Source of the DNA: an uncultured delta proteobacterium | GTDB lineage: Bacteria; Myxococcota_A; UBA9160; UBA4427 | DNA: 64,000 nt | Direction: 5' to 3' | Assembly (NCBI GenBank): GCA_963822965.1 | Contig: CAWGJT010000005.1 | Location: forward strand, 864,001-928,000 | Part shown: positions 60,170 through 64,000 of the stretch, piece by piece | Layout: every line of letters starts with the position of its first letter | How positions within the stretch are numbered: position 1 is the first letter of the stretch | Position numbers and translations under genes: made by a program | Notes under the pieces: model-generated | Seen by the model: only the letters and a program-made list of their open reading frames with translations | What the model was told of the DNA's origin: nothing | The model's database searches: none

Positions 60170-61848
60170 ACGGGCAGGATCTCGACGGAGAGGCGCGCCG
60201 GCAGCGAGGCGCCGATGCGCAGGCAGCGCGGGTGGAAGCTGGGCGACCAGAGCGCGTCGCCGTCTCCATAGCCGTAACGGTCCACCTGCAGGGCGTGACC
60301 GGAGCCGCCGCTGTGTCGAACCGCCAGCCGCCGCTCGCCCGGTCCCCCCAGAATCGTGCCGCCCGTCCCGGGAAGCGCGACGGGTGCCGAAAGCGGCACA
60401 CCGTCCTCGTCGAAGAGCGACTGGTCCGGCCGCGCCGCCAGCTCGAGCAGCGCGTTGGCGCGCTCCGGACCCTCGAGCGCAATCTCGAGACCCACCCGAA
60501 CCCCGGGGCCGAAGCGAACGCGCAGGCTCGCCCGGATGGCCGGCACCGGGTGGCCCGGGCGCCGCTCGTCGGGGGCGTCGCGGTGGAACTGCGGAAGCCG
60601 CACGGCCTCGCTTCCCGGGGCCGTGCTCATCCGCAGGGTCATTCCGTCGGGCTCCATGGTCCGCACTTCGGTGTACAGCCGATTCCAGCCGGTGGCGTGC
60701 CCCAGCAGGCGCGCGCCTTCCAGCGCGCAGCCGCCCCAGTGCACCTCGAGGAGGTTCGGGCCGGGCCCGGCCGCGGCGGCGAAGGCACCGCTCCGGTAGA
60801 CGACGAGCCCGCTGGCCTCCAGACGCCGAAGACCCGCTTCGGACCGGGACGTCCCCGGCTCGTCCTCGGGGCCGTCCTCGACACCGAGACGCAGCCAGCG
60901 CAGCAGGTGCTCGGCGCAGAGCGCCGAGACCGTCGACGGATACAGCTTCGCCTTCCCGGACTCGCCCAGCGGCGGCGTCACGACCGCGGCCATGAGGCCC
61001 GGCGCCGTGCGCGAGCGCCACAGCTTGGCCAGGCAACGGCGCGCCCGGGAGACGTCCCCGAGCCGCGCGAAGACCGTGGCCGCCCGCGCGTAGCCGTCCG
61101 TCGAGCCGTCGGTGTCGTAGCGGGCGCTCCCGACGCTCGCGAAGTCGCCGTCCGGCATCAGCGTCGCCCGCAGGTAGCCCAGGCTGCGGCGCGCCAGATC
61201 CCCGAGGTCGCGGCGGCCCTGCAGCTCCTCGAGATCGAGGAAGAAGTCGTTGCTGACGACGGCGTACTTGGGCGATCCCTCGGAGTACGCGCCGTCGGCG
61301 TCGATGTCGATGGTGGCTCGGGTCCAGTCGTCGGCCGCGCGGGCGAAGGCCGGCTCTCCCAGCACGCGCGCCGCATGGGCGAGCCCGCCGGCCGCCACCC
61401 AACGGTGATTCGCGGTGTTCATGCCGCCGTCCACACACGCCCCGGCCGCCCGCCGGAGCACGCCGGCCAGGCGCTCGCGCCGGGCGCCGTCGAGGCCGTC
61501 GGGCCAGTCGGCGAGCGCCGTCGCCAGGGGACGCAGCCCGAAGGCCGCGTTGCAGGGCGCCGCGAGGTCGCCGCAGAAGCCCGCGTCGAAGGTGCCGTCG
61601 GGCCGCTGGATGCGGTCGAGAAAATCGACGAGGCCGGTCGCGAGTGCCGCGTCCTCTTCGCCGCCCCGAAGCCGGCAGGCCTCGACGGCCACGGGTACGG
61701 TGAAGAGCTCGGGCCACTGCAGGGGAATCCGGGCCACCGGGCACGGGATGGCGCCGGCGTGCTCCGCGGGCGCCGCTCGCTGCCAGCGGCGAGCCGTCGC
61801 CGCAAACGCGAGCACGTGCCCTTCCACCATCTCCCGCGTCACCGACAT
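60166..61848 (-). CDS. Hypothetical protein, possibly alpha/alpha-toroid (heparinase/lyase-like)
   Basis: 560 aa, coupled to the OYE gene; NHRW and DGAYSEGSPKY motifs. Confidence 0.55.
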   Translation of the reverse strand: MSVTREMVEGHVLAFAATARRWQRAAPAEHAGAIPCPVARIPLQWPELFTVPVAVEACRLRGGEEDAALATGLVDFLDRIQRPDGTFDAGFCGDLAAPCNAAFGLRPLATALADWPDGLDGARRERLAGVLRRAAGACVDGGMNTANHRWVAAGGLAHAARVLGEPAFARAADDWTRATIDIDADGAYSEGSPKYAVVSNDFFLDLEELQGRRDLGDLARRSLGYLRATLMPDGDFASVGSARYDTDGSTDGYARAATVFARLGDVSRARRCLAKLWRSRTAPGLMAAVVTPPLGESGKAKLYPSTVSALCAEHLLRWLRLGVEDGPEDEPGTSRSEAGLRRLEASGLVVYRSGAFAAAAGPGPNLLEVHWGGCALEGARLLGHATGWNRLYTEVRTMEPDGMTLRMSTAPGSEAVRLPQFHRDAPDERRPGHPVPAIRASLRVRFGPGVRVGLEIALEGPERANALLELAARPDQSLFDEDGVPLSAPVALPGTGGTILGGPGERRLAVRHSGGSGHALQVDRYGYGDGDALWSPSFHPRCLRIGASLPARLSVEILPV

Positions 61849-61873
61849 GAATGCGACTCCCGATCGCTCCCGA

Positions 61874-62548
61874 CTAGTGTCCCGTCTCGGAAGCTCGGCG
61901 CCGAACGAGCGCGAGGGTCGCGAGCGCCACCGTGCCGGCGAGGGGCCCTGCAGGCTCGGGCACGACGAAGATGTTGTCGACGTCGAGGGAACCCCCGGCG
62001 CCCGAGGTTCCCAAGGCGCTCGGCGCTCCGGTCTGGTGACGGAACATCACCCGCGCGAGCCCCGCGTGAAGCGCCGCATAGGTTCCGTTCGCGGAGACCT
62101 GGCTCAGGTCCGCTTCCAGGATGGAGTACGTGTAGCTTCGCCAGACTCCGTCGTCCGGAACCGCCTGGGCGACGGTCGAGGTAAAGCGCTCGTCCGTGGT
62201 CGGCCCGAAGAGCACGAGGCGCACCTCCAGGGTGCCCTCACCGACCGATCGCATCATGTCGATCTCGATGTCCGTGGCCGCGGGGTCGATCGTCCCGGCC
62301 AGGTCGGTGTTGAAGGCCGCAAGGTGGTCTCCCGTCCCCGGATCGATCTGGAGGAAGGCGTCATCGACGCCCATCGGACCGCCGCTCGGGACGTTGCTGG
62401 TGTTCTCCGCCGGCGAGCTCCAGCCCTGCAGCGTCCCGTCTTCGAAGTCGAAGAGCGTGCCGGGCTCCAGGTCCGCCCGGGCCGCCGGCGCCAGCAGCAC
62501 GACGGACAGCAGGGTGAAGAGAGGAGCGCGCAGCAGCATCGGCACCAT
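61874..62548 (-). CDS. Secreted PEP-CTERM-type protein
   Basis: Signal peptide; C-terminal VPEP + hydrophobic helix + RRR. Confidence 0.75.
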   Translation of the reverse strand: MVPMLLRAPLFTLLSVVLLAPAARADLEPGTLFDFEDGTLQGWSSPAENTSNVPSGGPMGVDDAFLQIDPGTGDHLAAFNTDLAGTIDPAATDIEIDMMRSVGEGTLEVRLVLFGPTTDERFTSTVAQAVPDDGVWRSYTYSILEADLSQVSANGTYAALHAGLARVMFRHQTGAPSALGTSGAGGSLDVDNIFVVPEPAGPLAGTVALATLALVRRRASETGH

Positions 62549-62624
62549 CCTTTCGCTTCCGGCTCGCGTTCCCGGGCCAGCCGTCGGACCCGTCGGACCA
62601 GTCGGCCAGCATAGCCGGCCGGGA

Positions 62625-63734
62625 TCAGCCCGCCGTGGCGTCGGACAGGGCCGCCAGCCCGTCGAGGGAGATGCGCGCCATGCGGATCTCCGTGGGCAGG
62701 AAGAGCGCCAGCAGCCAGGGCCAGTCCCGGTCGATGCGGCTCGTGTAGTAGTCGATGAAGCCGACACCGTCCTGCAGCACCACGCCCGCGTACGAGGTAT
62801 CGCCGGAGCTCGGCAGGTCCGACAGGTGTACGAGTCGATCCGGCTCCACCCGGAAGATCGCCGTGCGCTTGCGGGACAGGAGCCCGCCCAGGCTCGTGAG
62901 CGGGCCGCGCGGCCCCACCTGGTTTCGCGCCACGGCGAAGACCGTGCCGGCATGGGTGAAGAGCACGGGACCGTCGAGCCGCGTCACCCGGCTGCGCGTG
63001 GTCTGCCATGTCTCGTACGGCGGCGCGGCGACGGCCAGCAGGGTGCAGGCGTCAGGGTTGCCGAGGATGCGGTCGGGGGTGATCTCCAGGCGCGCGGTCG
63101 CCAGCAGGCGTCCGTCAGCCAGGAACTCGATGGCGGTCTCGTCGTTGCCGTCGCCCTCGTGGATGCAGGACACCTGCTCCCAGCGGAGGCCGTCCTCGGA
63201 GCGCAGCAGGATCGATTCGCCGTGGTCGTGCCAGTAGGCGGGGACGTACCACGTCTTGCCGCCGTCCGGGCTCTTGGGACGCCAGAAGAGCCACCCCTTG
63301 GGCCCCACCTTCTCGAACCCGCTCCAGCTCCGGCCGTCGTCGCTCGTCGCGAGCACCGTATGGGTGGGGGTGGCGGTGATGCCGTGGTTCGGAAGCGCGT
63401 AGAGGAAGAGCCGCCCGCCGACGACGGCGAGCTTCGGATCGCGGATGTCGTGCCCCGGGACACGCAGGGTGGCGAGGGTCTCCCAGGCGCGTCCGTCCCG
63501 CGAGCGCTTCACCAGCAGCCGCGACCGCGTCGACGCCAGGTGCCACGGCGAGGCGGCGTGCACCAGCAGCAGCTCTCCCTGCCACTCGATCATGTCGGTG
63601 TTGGAGTTGTGGATGCCGTCCGAGACGATGGACCAGTGCTCGAGAGAGAGGCGCGGATCGACGTCGTGGTCGGCGCGGCGCAGGTACACGTACAGCGCGA
63701 ATCCGACGAGGACGAGCAGCAGCAGGGTGTCCAC
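62625..63734 (-). CDS. BNR/Asp-box (sialidase-like beta-propeller) protein
   Basis: GGAGG RBS; SRDGRAW, SDDGRSW, SEDGLRW repeats; RDPKL. Confidence 0.8.
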   Translation of the reverse strand: MDTLLLLVLVGFALYVYLRRADHDVDPRLSLEHWSIVSDGIHNSNTDMIEWQGELLLVHAASPWHLASTRSRLLVKRSRDGRAWETLATLRVPGHDIRDPKLAVVGGRLFLYALPNHGITATPTHTVLATSDDGRSWSGFEKVGPKGWLFWRPKSPDGGKTWYVPAYWHDHGESILLRSEDGLRWEQVSCIHEGDGNDETAIEFLADGRLLATARLEITPDRILGNPDACTLLAVAAPPYETWQTTRSRVTRLDGPVLFTHAGTVFAVARNQVGPRGPLTSLGGLLSRKRTAIFRVEPDRLVHLSDLPSSGDTSYAGVVLQDGVGFIDYYTSRIDRDWPWLLALFLPTEIRMARISLDGLAALSDATAG

Positions 63735-63886
63735 GATGCCTCCTCCGGGCGCGGCGCGATGCGTCGACGAGCATCCGCCTTCGGAAGGGGCATGTAAAGC
63801 CCGCGGCGGCATCCCCCGCCTGCCGGATCGGGGCTACGTTCTCCCGGCGTGATCCCCGAACCGCGAAGGTTCCAGGAGTCCTGCTC

Positions 63887-64000
63887 ATGCGCATCTCGAT
63901 CGGCCTTCCCCCCGGCCCCCAGGCGCGGCGCGTCGCCGTCCTCGCCGAGGAGCTCGGCTACGACCGGGTCTGGCTCTACGACTCGGCGGCCCTCTACGAA
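63887..64000 (+). CDS. LLM-class flavin-dependent oxidoreductase, 3' partial
   Basis: MRISIGLPPG...AEELGYDRVWLYDS; AGGAG RBS. Confidence 0.75.
   Translation, partial: MRISIGLPPGPQARRVAVLAEELGYDRVWLYDSAALYE

Noticed and set aside
1..64000. tRNA, rRNA, integron integrase, group II intron or prophage genes
   Set aside because: None recognised by eye; covariance and HMM searches were not possible

Overview
High-GC bacterial DNA; the gene content is compatible with a Myxococcota-like organism, but taxonomy cannot be shown from this window. Most of it is housekeeping, envelope and metabolic genes: an LpoB/COG3014/LPP20 lipoprotein cluster, proA-like, msrPQ, thyA-folA, dapF, an RND pump, pyk and a DHDPS-family/OYE operon. 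Frameshifts cluster at about 22-32 kb and look like sequencing indels. Two classical IS elements sit side by side at 3-6 kb, next to a small CTAG-linked hairpin repeat. The main feature is at about 37.9-49.5 kb: a minus-strand integron cassette array with six recognisable attC sites, one remnant and a candidate attI, but no integrase in the window. Five IS110-family insertions of three distinct types lie in the attC R boxes. For two of these types the non-coding end reads directly as a bridge RNA, with guides matching the attC core site and the element's own circle junction around a CT core. All six attC loops also carry an extended -10 motif (TGnTAnnnT) at a conserved position, pointing into the next cassette. 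Family assignments come from motif recognition, not database searches.
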